From NCBI GenBank assembly GCA_030390025.1, contig CM059433.1, positions 16,246,001-16,310,000 of the forward strand: a DNA stretch of 64,000 nt, written 5' to 3'. Below, piece by piece: positions 38,577 through 51,328 of this stretch (positions are counted from its first letter, which is position 1; each line of letters begins with the position of its first letter). The translations under genes were made by a program, and so were the position numbers. The notes under the pieces were generated by a model. That model was not told where the DNA came from. It made no database searches and saw nothing but the letters and a program-made list of their open reading frames with translations. The DNA comes from Squalus acanthias. Lineage: Eukaryota.

Positions 38577-41212
38577 GGCGGCTTCTCCTCCGTAGGCAGT
38601 CCCTCGGAACCGAGGATGACCTGCTTCCACATTAAAAATGAGTTCTCGGGTGACTGATGAGTCCAATGCGGGACCTACAGTCTCTGTCACAGGTGGAGCA
38701 GACGGTGGTTGAAGGGGCGGGTGGGTGGGGTGCTTGCGTTGACGTGCGCTCCTTCCGCTGTTTGCGCTTGGCATCCGCTTGCTCCCGGCGAAGAGACTCG
38801 AGGAGTTCGGCGCCTTCCCGGATGCTTCTCCTCCACTTTGTGCGGTCTTGGGCCAGGGATTCCCAGGTGTCGGTGGGGATGTTGCACTTTTTCAAGGAGG
38901 CTTTGAGGGTGTCCTTGAAGCGTTTCCTCTGCCCACCTGGGGCTCTCTTGCCGTGTCGGAGCTCCGAGTAGAGCGCTTGTTTTGGGAGTCTCGTATCGGG
39001 CATGCGGACGATGCGGCCCGTCCATCGGAGCTGATCGAGCGTGGTCAAAGCTTCGATGCTGGGGATGTTGGCCTGAGCGAGAACACTGATGTTGGTGCGC
39101 CTATCCTACCAATGGATTTGCAGGATCTTGCGGAGGCAGCATTGGTGGTACCTCTCCAGTGCTTTGAGGTGCCTGCTGTACATGGTCTATGTCTCTGAAG
39201 CATACAGGAGGGCGAGTATCACTACTGCTCTGTAGACCATGAGCTTGGTGCTGGGTTTGAGGTCCTGGTCTTCAAACACTCTCTTCCTCAGGCGACCGAA
39301 GGCTGCACTGGCACACTGAAGGCGGTGTTGGACTTCGTGATCGACATCTGCCCTTGTTGACAGTAGGCTCCAGAGGTATGGAAAGTGGTCCACGCTGTCC
39401 AAGGCCTTGGACAATCGGGGAGCAGTACTGTGTGGCGGGGACAGGTTGTTAGAGGACCTTTGTCTTACGGATGTTTAGTGTAAGGCCCATGCTCTCGTAC
39501 GCTTCGGTGAAGGTGTTGACAAAGGTTTGGAGTTTGGCCTCAGAGTGTGCGCAGACACAAGCATCGTCTGCAGACTGTAATTTGATGACAGAGGATGGGA
39601 CGACCTTGGATCTGGACTGGAGGCGACGGAGGTTGAACAGTTTCCCGTTTGTTCTGTAGATTAGCTCCACTCCAGCGGGGAGCTTACTGAGGGTGAGATG
39701 AAGCATTGCAGCCAGGAAGATCGAGAAGAGCGTTGGTGCGATGACACAGCCTTGCTTGACCCCGGTCCGTACGTGAATTGGGTCTGTGGTGGATCCGTTG
39801 GTGAGGATCACAGCTTGCATGTCGTCGTGAAGCAGGCGGAGGATGGTGACAAACTTTTGAGGGCAGCCGAATTTGAGGAGGACACTTCATAATCCCTCAC
39901 GGTTGACGGTGTCGAAGGCCTTCGTGAGGTCAAAGAAGGCCATGTACAACGGTTGGTGATGTTGCTTGCATTTCTCTTGTAGTTGACGTGCGGTGAAGAT
40001 CATGTGCATTGTGCCCCTTAGTGGGCGGAATCCGCATTGCGACTCTGGGAGGAGCTCTTCAGCCACTGGGAGAAGGCGATTGAGGAGAATTCTTGCGATG
40101 ACTTTCCCTGTGGCAGACAGCAGGGAGACTCCTCTGTAATTACCGCAATCGGACTTGTCACCTTTCTTGAAGATGGTCACGATTACGGCATCTCTGAGAT
40201 CCCCTGGCATGCTCTCCTCCTTCCAAATAAGAGAAATGAGTTTATGTCTTCGCGCCAATAGTGCTTCTCTGCCATGTTTTAGCGCCTCGGCGGGGATTCC
40301 ATCTGCTCCTGAGGCCTTGTTGTTCTTCAGTTGTCGGATGGACTTTTCAACCTCTGGGGTTGTGCTGAGGTGGTGGCGGGTAGCATGCTGCGGGATGGAG
40401 TTGAGGACACTCGCGTCGAAGACAGAGACTCGGTTAAGGAGATCTTCGAAGTGCTCCTTCCAGCGGCCACTGACTGCCTCTCTGTCCTTGATGAGTACCT
40501 CTCCGTTCTTGGCCCGCAATGGGGTAGGACCTTGGGTGCTTGGGCCGTAGATGGTCTTGACTGCGCTAAAGAATCCACACACGTCGTGGTTGTCGGCTAG
40601 CTGCTGGATCTCCTGCGCTTTCTCCACCCACCATTTGTTCTTTAGAACTCGAGAGCAAGGAAGCAGCTCTACAGACGCCTGAAGGTCGAGGTCCAACAAA
40701 AAACTCACGACCTAAGGCTTAGGTATTGGTTGGCACTGAAACAACATAGAAGACGTCCGCGTCACCTGCGCCATGACAGGAGCTGACTGCTGGACAGACC
40801 ACCGCCTAATCCACTCTGTCATCTCCATCAACGTAGCCCCAAAACAGCGGCGGCAAGAGAAGCAATGCCACGGGAAAATCAACGCTGGAGCACTCAAAGA
40901 CCCTGCTAAGAAAGCCCTATTCAGCCTGCGCCTCACAACCAACCTGGCGACTCCCAGTGATTCAGAGACACAGAGTGTCCACAGCGCCTGGTCGACACTC
41001 AAGGCCTCCATAATCAGCACCTGTGAAGAGACGCTCGGTCATTCGACCAGGAAACCCCAAGACTGGTTCGACGAGAATGACCAGGAGATCCAGGAGCTAA
41101 TACGCCGCAAGCGCAAGGCATTCCTGATCTGGAAACAGCAACAGAACTCGAGCAAGAAAGCAGCTCTACAGATGCCTGAAGGTCGAGGTCCAACAGAAAA
41201 CTCGCGACCTAA
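38577..41212 (-). mobile_element. RTE-clade LINE, 5'-truncated with inverted 5' segments (40644-40715 and 40753-41212 on +)
   Basis: RT motifs (ESQCGFR, DLTKAFDTV, GVKQGCVIAP) and a C-terminal CxxC..H..H motif. High similarity to 57529-60910. Confidence 0.92.
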
Positions 41213-41374
41213 GACTTAGGCATTGGCTGGCACTGAAACAGCATAGAAGCTGTCTTGTACCCTAGCACATGTCTATACATTCTCCAGAAATATGGGTGTT
41301 GGTATTGACTCAGTTTTCCTAAAAAGGAGCTTTGACTGGTACCATAGTCAGAAAAGTGCCGGTGGACAAACTGA

Positions 41375-41625
41375 CTTCAGATTTCTTTCTTCTTACAGTT
41401 GGACATATTGGATCACCTGGGTGCAGCATTCAGAGGAAAATCAGGGGGGGGAGAATTGCACATGTGTAATGGAGCCCACCTGATTTTACATCCATTTAAA
41501 TTAATGGGTGGGAAATTTTGCTGGGCTCCTTCAAAGGCAGATGGCCCTCCTGCCTAATTTTCCCCTGTGTACTGTGCCCAGGTGATCCAACATGCCCAAG
41601 TACAATAACTGGAAAATCTGTCCCA
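41375..41625. mobile_element. Decayed palindromic MITE
   Basis: Imperfect arms ttggatcacctgggtgcag...gaggaaaatcagg and cctaattttcccctg...cccaggtgatccaa around a central ccatttaaattaatgg. Confidence 0.55.
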
Positions 41626-43879
41626 CTTTCTTCTGATGTAGATTCCAATGGTCCTGCCTGAGCTCACAATCTCTAGCCAAATTTGGTTGAAATCTTTCTG
41701 AATAATGAGAATTTCAGCATTCAACCCTCCATCAATTGGTTGGCACTGATCATGTTAGACAGCATTGAGGTAAAATTATTATACCCTCTGAAAAAGGTCC
41801 TATCCTTACCAAAACCTTCCTGGAATGTGTACAATCCATACTGGGAGTTAGAGGTTCTAATATCTCCTATAGAAGTACTGCCTCAGCCTAATCACTCATT
41901 GGCTGTGCCTTTGGTCACTGGCAACTCGACAGTATAGGCTTCTGCAGGTGCCTACGTGCAGTGCACACGCAACGACAGCAGCACACCATGTCTACTTAAG
42001 CAGACATCTGGAAAAGTGCTTTGGGTCCATGACGAGCAGTCTGACTTTAACAATCTTTTTAGTCTGAGTCAGTGAGGATAAAGCTGAAAACTTTATGACC
42101 CTTGGAAGATAAAAAAAAAATGGCTACATGGGAAAAGCGAATGCACTCAGACCATCTTTCAGATGTGAAATAATGGCTTAGTAAGCATACCACATGAAGT
42201 TTATCGACCAACAACTGTCTGTGTAACGGACGTTAAGCCCCTGTCGGGGACAACTCCTGTGGGTGCTATTCAGAAACATCTATGAAGCAGGGCATCATGC
42301 TCTGCTGATATGTCTAGTGAAGGGCCTTGTGCCTGCTGGTCAATCTTCAGGCAAAGCTACTAGAATACTCATAGATGACCCTTCTGAGCAGGGGTAGTCT
42401 ACACCCTCCTGAATCAATCCTTCTTCTGAAAATAGTTCTTTCAGATGGAATTATTCAGAAATGGGTCTGAAACACATCACATATATACAAAAGCAAGAGT
42501 AGCAGATTTCAGCAGCATCAATTTTCCCTTATTTCAAGGATTCTCATTAAATCTGCACAAAGGAAACCGCAGTGATTCTGGTAACCCCAGACGAACCCCC
42601 AGCCCAAGAAAATGTGGGTGTTGAACCCATGGATCGACTCCTAGCTCCAATGTGCCGACTGATCCTGGTATCCTCAATGGAAAGTCTCATTTGACACCAT
42701 ATCCTCAAACCCACACCCCACCCACATGCTCCATTTGGTGGCTTGTATTTACCACTAACATCTGCCTTCTGCAGTGGTTATTATTGTAACATCCAGAAAA
42801 TTGTTCACATTTAAGACCTGCATAAAATAGGGTTATAAATTGCCTCATAGATTACTTTCATACCACAAACAAAGCCATATGTCCACTATAACCTTTCCCA
42901 TGGGATAAATTTGATGCATGGAAGAATCTGTAACTAATAACTAAAAATGGAAAGTGCTTGGAAAGTGTTTGTGATACCAGGATAATTTTTTTTTTTTATC
43001 TCTGGATTATGATACTCGACCATTTATTCCACTTTTAATCTACCTTGTTCTTTAAAGGTCACGTTAAGGATTTGCTTTGTTGCTCATTTTTCCTCCACAG
43101 GTGAATTATATATTAGGCATCTTGTAGAATTGAAAAGTGCTTGGAAAGTTAAACTTCTATTGGTTTCAAGAATGGAAGGAAGATGAACAGAAAAGATAAA
43201 TAATATGCTGCATTGAAATTATGGGGTATTTTTTTTCTTTTTACTGCCTATGTGTTGAGCATCAACTGGGAGCAGCACAGAAAGGAAAATCCGGTGGGGA
43301 AGATCACACGTCTGTTGCAGAACCCACTCCATTTCTACGCTCCACCCAGGAAAAGCTTAATGCCCAAGCGGTAAAGACAACAATCTACCCCCATGTCTTA
43401 GACAGTTCTACATTTCAGTATCCATGTAACTAAAAGGAGGTGATTTACATTTCACTGGGTATATGTATAGCTTAACTTTGATAGTATCCCTATACTCAAC
43501 TGATTTTGTGGAGACATTTTCACAGATTTACTCAAGATTTTTAAAATCCATCCCTTATAGAAAGTGTTGTGTGCAGTGAGGCATGCATGCTAGAAGGCCT
43601 ACTTTCTATGAAACGCCCTGGCTATGTTTAACTTTGAAGGAACAAATCTTTGAAAGTTTAGAGTAGCTATATTTTGGAATTTTCTTTTTTTAAAGATAAG
43701 GGGGCTATGTTGCCATATTAGGGAGATGTCATTGAAGTTTTGTGTTTGAAATATCTTAATAACATTGCAGTGGCCTCTTGACTGTTGGGGGAAGTTTGCA
43801 TTGCAACATTTGCACTGTCTGCTGCAGCGTGTAGTCTTCTGATTTTTACCTTTTTCTTTAATTAAAGCTAATTATAATG

Positions 43880-45400
43880 CCAACCTGCATGTTTATAGTG
43901 TCTTTAACATAACAAAAGGTCCAAAAACACGTCACAGTGACAACAGCTGGGAGAAAAGCTAGGTGAGGTGAACAAAGGCATGGTCAAACAGAGGTTTTCA
44001 AGAGGCTTTTGAAGGAGAGAGAGAATACAAAATGAATGGGGGGAAAAATAGAGTCGCGCCCCCTTTGGGGCGCTAACTTCGCTGGGGCGCTACTTTTAGC
44101 GCCCCGAAAAAATTAGCGCACCTGCGGCCGAAATTCAACGGTAGCGCCCCAAGAGGGAAACGGCACGCTACTGGAAGTGCCCCGCCTCCCTCTTGGGGCG
44201 CTGCGAGGGAATATTGCGGTGCTGCGGCAGGCCTTTTAAAGGGGAGGGGCCTTGCGCAGCGCGACCCGGGGCCCAGCTGGGCCACCAGGGATCGGAGTAC
44301 CGGCAAAAGAGCCCGGCACTCAAAAGAAGTGCCGGGCTCACAGAGCGCAGCCGACACTCCGCGGGGTGGCTGGTCGGGAGGCCGGGGACGGCAACAGGGG
44401 CAGGTGCTGGCAGGCGGCCAGCAACAAAAATGGCCGCCAGGTACCTCGCCTTTAATTAGCGCCGCCCCGGCCGCAGGTAGGCCCCCATGACCCCGTCGGA
44501 CATAGCGTCCGGCAGTAAGTCAGGGGGGCGCTACCGAATATCGCGGCCGGGACGCTGCGCACGGCGATGGCATCATCACCGGCAGCGCAGCGCCGCAGGG
44601 CGCTAACGGTTACCGCCGCCACTAACCTCCCGCTGAATTTCGTGGGAGGCGTTGGCGACGCTGCGCCCAGGAGCTAGTTGCTTTGCGTCCCGTTAGCGCC
44701 CGGGAGGCGCAAAGCAACCAAATTTTTAGGCCAGTGTGTTGAGGAAGAGCATTGTAGTGTGGAACCTAGGCAGCTGAAGGCTCTGTCACTGAAGTGGAAT
44801 GGAGGCAGAGGGGATGCAAAAAACATCAGATTCAGAAGAGTAAGGGAACACATTGAGGAAGTTGCAGTAATAGGAAAGGGCAAGGCTGTGGATGAACTCG
44901 AAGATGAGAACAAGGATTTTAAATTTGATGGAGGGTGACGAGCAAATGGCGGTTCCCAAGTACAGCGACAATACGGGAGCAGAACTTATTTTGGGATGGG
45001 TGCAGTTGGTGGCGTTTTGGACAAGCTGCAGTTTATGAAGGGTGGAAATCAGGAGACTGGCAAGGAGAGCTTGAGAGGAATTGATGATGAAAGCTTATAT
45101 TGGGGTGGAAGAGAGAGAAGTTGCCCAGGTGGAAATAGGCAGTCTTGGTGGGAGCTACAATATGGGGTTTGAATCTCCACTCAGTTATCAGGCAGGACAT
45201 ACTGATTGTGTAGTGTCAGGTTCGGCCTGAGCAAGAAGGCAGACTAGAGGGCTGGGGTATAGAGTTTTTGGCAGGAAATATACAGGACGGCTTTAGTCTT
45301 GACTATCTTTAGTTGATGAAAGTTCTTGCTGATCCATAACTTGATGTCAGATAAGCAGTTCAATAGCACAGTGGTGGTCGTGTAGTCATGAGTGGCAGAG
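43880..45400 (-). mobile_element. Old L2 fragment interrupted by a MITE
   Basis: L2 tail caacctgcatgtttatagtgtctttaac and degenerate similarity to 35427-36488. Confidence 0.6.
44038..44732. mobile_element. GC-rich Harbinger-like MITE
   Basis: Ends ggggggaaaaat.../...aatttttaggcc. Shares the gctagttgctttgcg..cgggaggcgcaaa block with 47035-47923. Confidence 0.65.
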
Positions 45401-45642
45401 TTAGAGGTATATTAGGAATTAATTTATAGCAGCAAATAAGATCGGTGACATAATGACGGCGTCCTCCCGTGCTTACAAACATGATGAAGTTCTTATGAGA
45501 CTTTATCATAAAAGTATGATGCATTAAGTGATGCTTTACTTCAATATTATTAAAAGGGGAAATTACATATTCATAGCTCATAATTATTCATCCTGTACCA
45601 AAAAGTCTTCTAAAGGTTTTATTAAAGAAAGAAAAGAACTTA

Positions 45643-46002
45643 CAGGAAACTTTCGTTTATCCGGCACCCAAATATCCGGAATTCTCGCTTAACCGGCAAA
45701 AATCATCCTCCGAAAACTCCTCTCAAATAACCGGCAATGTTGCCGAGTCGCAGTCGAGTCTCCGCGAACGCCGAGTACTCCGAAAACTCCTCTCAAATAA
45801 CCGGCAATGTTGCCGATCCCGTGTCCGAGTCTGTGAACGCCGATTTAGTCAGTAGGGGTAGTTTTCAAAAGTACCCAAATACTGTATACTGCACATTTCT
45901 TGATTTATTTATTTTTCTTTGTTAAAAATAGCCTCGGTAGATATAACGCTCCGTTATCCGGTACTTTCGATAAACCGGTGCCGGTTAATAAAGAGTTTCC
46001 TG
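45643..46002. mobile_element. Tigger/pogo-like MITE (CAGGAAACT subfamily)
   Basis: TIRs caggaaact/agtttcctg with TA flanks. Internal direct duplication of ctccgaaaactcctctcaaataaccggcaatgttgccga. Confidence 0.78.
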
Positions 46003-46008
46003 TATATA

Positions 46009-46272
46009 CAGTAAACTCTTGTTTAAACGGCACCTAATCATCCGGAATACTTTAATAACCGGCAAAATAGATAACCGGTAATCTTGCCGAATCCATCCAG
46101 CACTCGTTTTGCCGAGTCCGGGTCTCCCGCGGTGGCCGAGTTAGTCAGTGGTTTTTATTTTTGTTTTGTGTTTAAAAATTGCCTTGGTAGGTATACCTCT
46201 CTGTTATCCAGAATTTTTCATCAACCGGCACCATCCTGGTCCCGTAGGTGCGGGATAAGAAAGAGTTTACTG
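46009..46272. mobile_element. Tigger/pogo-like MITE (CAGTAAACT subfamily)
   Basis: TIRs cagtaaactctt/aagagtttactg with TA flanks; reverse homolog of 2802-3052. Confidence 0.8.
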
Positions 46273-46688
46273 TAGCAACTTTCATGACTTCAGAATGTCC
46301 CCAACTGCTATACAGCCAATTAAGTACTTTTGAAATGTAGTCACTGTTGTAATGTAGGGAAACATGACAGCCAAATTGCACACAGCAAGATCCCTCAAAC
46401 AGCAATAAGATAATGATCATATAATCTGTTTTTGTAATGTTAGTTGAGGGATAAATATTGGCCAGGGCACCAGGAGAACTCCCCTGCTCTTTGAATAGTG
46501 TCATGGGATCTTTTACATCCACCTGAGAGGACAGGCTGGGCCCCAGTTTAACGTCTCATCTAAAAGACAGCACCTCTGACAGTGCAGCAATATTGCACTG
46601 CAAGTGTCGGCGTAGATGATGTGCTCAAGTCTCTGGAGAGGGACTTGAACATGCTGACTCAGAGGCAATACTGAGCCAAGATTGACGC
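46273..46688 (-). mobile_element. SacSINE1-like DeuSINE (tail continues at about 45623-45642)
   Basis: Reverse-complement similarity to 2041-2476. Confidence 0.75.
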
Positions 46689-46792
46689 CATTATTCCTAT
46701 CCAAAAAGTAAAATGGTACCAACCTACGCATTTTTCAATTTGCTTTAGTGTACTGTAAATGAACATTTGGTAAAATATATATTGTTTTCCAG

Positions 46793-46921
46793 AAACTTAG
46801 AGGGAGATGTTGCTGTAAGAAGTTCAGCTGCAGTCTACACATACTGCAAGTCACGTGGGTTGTTTGCTGGAATATCATTAGAAGGATCTTGCTTGATTGA
46901 AAGAAAAGAGACCAACCGCAA
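46793..46921 (+). CDS. SH3YL1: SH3YL1 internal coding exon: NLEGDVAVRSSAAVYTYCKSRGLFAGISLEGSCLIERKETNR(K)
   Basis: gttttccAG acceptor, AA|GTAAGT donor, 129 nt. Phase-compatible on both sides; carries the SYLF motif SRGLFAGxSLEG. Confidence 0.95.
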
Positions 46922-47034
46922 GTAAGTTGCAGTCAGACACAAGAAGTGTTCTTCATTCTAAATATTTTATGACATATGTATTGCGCAAAAACCCAATGAC
47001 ACATTTATGTTGACATGCTGCACCACACAGTCAT

Positions 47035-47923
47035 GGGGGAAAAATTCAGTATCGCCCCATTTGGGGCGCAATTATCGGCCAGGCGCAAAGATTAGCGCCT
47101 GGCACTAATTATCACCTCCGACTGCAAACTTGGCTTTTATCGCCACTGGAGGTGATTGGAGCGCTAAATCAGGCGCTTCACACCTGTCTTAAGGCGCAAA
47201 GGCTGAGGAGCGAGGCGCTACCTCAGAGCGCTGGCGAAGCTCATGTGATGTCAGTCAGCAATTGAACACAGACACAATGGCGCCGGCCAGTTTTTAAAGG
47301 GGATGGTTGATCTTGCTCTCCATCCACATCCTGCTCATTGCAGCCTTGAATCTCGGCCTGGAGAGACCTGTACATCAAATCTGCTGGAAAGAACAATGGA
47401 GAGAACCAGGGAAAGAGCTCAGAGTGCAGCCCCCACAGTCTCTTCTAAATCGATACAAGGAAGGGAAAATCAAAATGAACCTGCAAAGTGCTGCTCAGTA
47501 CCCAAAACTCCTTCACACAGCATTGAATCTCTTCAAAAGTCTCTCTCTCTCTCTCTCTCTCTCTCAGAATGCATGGTGCAAAAATGTCACCAACAAAAAA
47601 AAGCAGGAAGCGTTCGCCTTTAAATAGCGCTCCCCCAGTCCCTTCCTGATTGCAAAACGCTCCCCTCAACATGTCGTTGCTAGCGGCAGGCGGTAAGGCA
47701 GGGGGCGCCACTCAATATCCGGTCCAGGGCGCTACCGGGGCGTTGCACACTCGACTGACGTCACGATCTGCCGGTGCAAAAGATCGTGGCTGTAGTGTTT
47801 AGCGCTACCACAAAATGTCTAGTTAATTTCATGAGCGGCACAAACATCACTGTGCACGGGCGCTAGTTGCTTTGCGCCCTGTTAAGGCGCTAACGGGAGG
47901 CGCAAACCAACTGAATTTTTCCC
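47035..47923. mobile_element. Harbinger-like MITE
   Basis: TIRs gggaaaaattcagt/actgaatttttccc, probable CAT TSD, internal (CT)n tract. Confidence 0.72.
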
Positions 47924-48544
47924 CATAGAATGCAGGTTCTAGCCTTGGAACTTATCACATGATGAGTAACCAAGTCCAGAAGGAGATATAAGAGAGACAC
48001 CAAGTGGTGACAAAGCACATAACTGATGGAACGATTTCGCTCAGCCCGACCTGGACTGTCCTAAGAGGAACATCTACTTTGTTCATATGTTAACTGTGTT
48101 AATATATCTTGTACACTCTTGCAATATATCTTGTACATTCTTGTATGTTCATATTTTCATCTGACACTGTCTACCCATAGATAAAATCTTTATTTTGCTT
48201 TTGTTCTTAATTGTAAATAATTACTTCACTTCTGGTCAGCAAAGCAAGTTATTGCTGTTATTGATTTAAAATTTGACTTAGCAGCTGAATAATCTTCAGC
48301 ATTACTGATTAAAAAAAAAAAAAGAAAATGAACACCATCATTGTTGGCTTTTGACATTTGGGGTTTGCAGGTTCATGAAAATACTTTATTAATAATAATG
48401 AACTTACTCCATGCAACGATAACATTAGTTCCAACAGTAAATTATTTTTGATATATCATTTTCAGTTAAAATTTCTTGAATACAGAACACCTCCCAGCAT
48501 GTTTCCAGGGGAATATAGGTTTGCAAACTAGGGGCTGATAATAA

Positions 48545-49506
48545 CATTCAACAGATCATCCTCCGCCATTTCCACCACCTCCAACGTGATCCCACCACCA
48601 GACGTATCTTCCCCTCACCTCCCCTTTCAGCATTCCGTAGGGACCGCTCCCTCCGAGACACCCTAGTCCACTCCTCTATCACCCCCAGCACCCCTTCCCT
48701 TCGCCCGGCACCTTCCCGTGCAAGCGCAGGAGATGCAACACCTGCCCTTATACATCCCCCCCTTCCCACTCTCCAGGCCCCCAAACACCGCTTCCAGGTG
48801 AAACAGCGATTTACTTGTACTTCTTGCAATCTAGTATACTGTATTCGCTGCTCACGATGTGGTCTCCTCTACATTGGGGAGACCAAACGCAGATTGGGTG
48901 ACCGCTTTGCGGAACACCTCCGTTCAGTCCGTAAGGGTGACCCCGAGCTTCCGGTCGCTTGTCATTTTAATTCACCCCTCCACGCCCACTCAGACCTCAC
49001 CGTCCTCGGCCTCGTGCATTGTTCCACGGAAGCTCAGCGTAAGCTCGAGGAACAGCACCTCATCTTTCGTTTAGGCACTTTACAGCCTTCCGGACTCAAT
49101 ATCGAGTTCAACAATTTCAGATCATAACCTCGGACCCTACCACACATATATACATTTTATCCACCCTTTTGGTCCGTGCCTTTTTCCTTTTTTTTTCTCT
49201 CTCTCTCCCCCTACGGCAGCTGTCTCTCATTCTGCCAGCACTTCACACCTCACCTTTTGTTTCTTAACCTGTCCTATTACCATCTCGTCTTGCCTTGAGC
49301 ATCTCTTAATGTCTCTACTTACCATAGACCACCCCTTTTGTTCTTTTATTCCTCCCCCAGCCTCCCCCCTTGCATTTATATCTGTTTAATTTCCTGCTCT
49401 GTTCTCAGTTCCGACGAAGGGTTTCGACCTGAAACGTTAACTCTGTTTCTCTCTCCACGGATGTTGCCTGGCCTGCTGAGTTTTTCCAGCGTTTTCTGTT
49501 GTTATT
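48545..49506 (+). mobile_element. 5'-truncated Penelope-like element (probably Neptune-like): Cys-rich linker, GIY-YIG endonuclease and pLTR
   Basis: ORF 48798..49127 has VYCIRCSRCGLLYIGETKRRLGDRFAEH...HF...EQHLIFRLGTLQPSGLN. Upstream frameshifted PLSAFRRDRSLRDTLVHS and CKRRRCNTC. Imperfect TSD gctgat(a/t)ataa. Confidence 0.9.
49407..49442 (+). ncRNA. Hammerhead-like motif in PLE pLTR (core variant CCGACGA)
   Basis: AGTT-CCGACGA-A-GGGTT-tc-GACCT-GAA-ACGT-T-AACT. Confidence 0.55.
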
Positions 49507-49691
49507 TGCTGATTATAATGATCTAGTTTGAAATCTGCTTTGAAAAGCCAAATAACACTTAGTTCATTTTTATCATGTAGTAACTCTGTTCTCTAATAGC
49601 ATAACTAAAAGTCAGAATAGTCTCCAGAGTCAAAGGTAAAGGAACATTAAAAGTATCAACACCTATTATTCATTGCTTCATTAATCACAAC

Positions 49692-50397
49692 GGGGTCGAG
49701 TGTCCGCTTGGTTCCTCTAGTTATATCGGCGCAATCCGGGCATAATTGGCCGAACCAGCACAAAAGATCAGGGAATTTTAAGCGTAAGTGAGTTACGCCC
49801 AAAACCACTTGCGCTTTGTTTTACGCTGGTTCAAGATTCAGTTTGCCCGAATCAAGCCCCGTCCCCAAAACTGGCCACGCCCCCCAGGTCAAAATTGCGA
49901 GATTTTGCCAATTGCGCTGGTTCTGGAAGGCTCTTCAGATTGCGTTCATTTTCGTAGGGGACAAGCATGTTTTAAAAGTTTATTCATACCATCAAAAAAT
50001 ATTTAACTTGCTCAGAAACTGACTAGTGTACACCAATGAAACTACTAAATAGTTCAGTATAGTTTTTTGAGTTATTGTCTAATGATTTTAAATGAGGTTA
50101 CTAACAGGTGAAGGAATGGGCACCCTTATATTTGGTGATAAACCCATTGTCAGCTGTATTAAAGAAACTGCACCAGTTTACCCCTTTTAAATACGTCAAG
50201 GAATACTTTTGAAGGAAAAAAAGCAAAACGATTACTTTCTATTACACTGCCAGATGGCACTGGTCATGGAAGATTTTACGTTTGTGATTATGCAAATACA
50301 TTTTTGCAGAAACTTGAACTGTAACCTAACCAGCGCAATTTCAAGCCCATTTTGGGTGCAATTTCCCGATTGCAGGCCAAAGCAGAAACTCTAACCC
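49692..50397. mobile_element. Harbinger-like non-autonomous element
   Basis: Ends ggggtcgagtgtc.../...gaaactctaaccc, 3-bp TSD AAC. Homolog of the split copy at 12619-17991. Confidence 0.72.
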
Positions 50398-51018
50398 AAC
50401 ATCTTTAACTTTCCTTTAACTTCACCCCTCAGAGGCAGTTCCAGTCTAGTTAATGTTATGATGCTGTAACGTTCACACAGAATTCAGTTATTTTATTGTT
50501 ATTCCTGTACGTAGTGAGTATTTTTTTTAAGTATATTATGCAAAGCTGGATCTTGGGCATCTTGATGTAAGAGAGTGCATATTGTGTATGAAATCACTTT
50601 CAGCACTTTGTTTTGGTAAATCTTTCTGTATAAAAATGCACACATGCTTGAAAAAGAAACATTTGAAGGGTATGGGGAAAGGGCAGGGTGATGGGACTAA
50701 GTGTGTAGCTCTTTCATGGAACTGTCACAGGTGCATTGGGCTGAATGGCTTCCTTTGGTACTGTACATTTCTATGATTCTCTGTACACTTATTTCCTTAA
50801 GTAAAATAAAGAATGTGTGTGAGATGACTTTTAGCTCTATTTCTATTAATAGCACCTTACAAACATAACGTACACATGTTTATTATGTGCTGTTTGAGTT
50901 TTAGGTTGATTTGTCAGTGTAAAATTGTTTCATGTTTATGCAAAAAATATAAGTAGAGCAAATGGTGTATAATGCAGGATTATTCTACTTGTCTGAAAAA
51001 TGTTATATTTTTAAATAG

Positions 51019-51181
51019 GTTCTACTGCCAGGACATCCGAGCGTGTTCAATTTTGTTTGGAGATGTCGAGCCTCCAGCTATAACCCAAGAGCTGTATGAC
51101 ATACTGGGCACTTTCACCGAGCAGTACCAAAAGGAAGAACAGCGTGGAAATAAGAGAAAAGTAGCAAGATTGCAAGCAAAG
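51019..51181 (+). CDS. SH3YL1: SH3YL1 internal coding exon: FYCQDIRACSILFGDVEPPAITQELYDILGTFTEQYQKEEQRGNKRKVARLQAK
   Basis: ttaaatAG acceptor, probable AAG|GTttgt donor, 163 nt. Lies within ORF 50972..51445 and resembles SH3YL1 KFYCQDIRAYDILFGD. The donor is less certain than the acceptor. Confidence 0.88.
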
Positions 51182-51328
51182 GTTTGTGATGTGTTTTGTT
51201 ATGTGCAAAATGGGAGTGTTTTTCATTTCAGCCAATTTGGAACTGATTTTCAGCTAGATTTCTCCACCAGAGTGAAAGTAAAGATTCCACTTAAACTGGT
51301 TTGCACAGTACCTTGTATGCATTACATT

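Noticed and set aside
44038..44732. CpG-island promoter
   Set aside because: The CpG-rich block is bounded by TIR-like ends, interrupts an L2, and has a relative at 47 kb.
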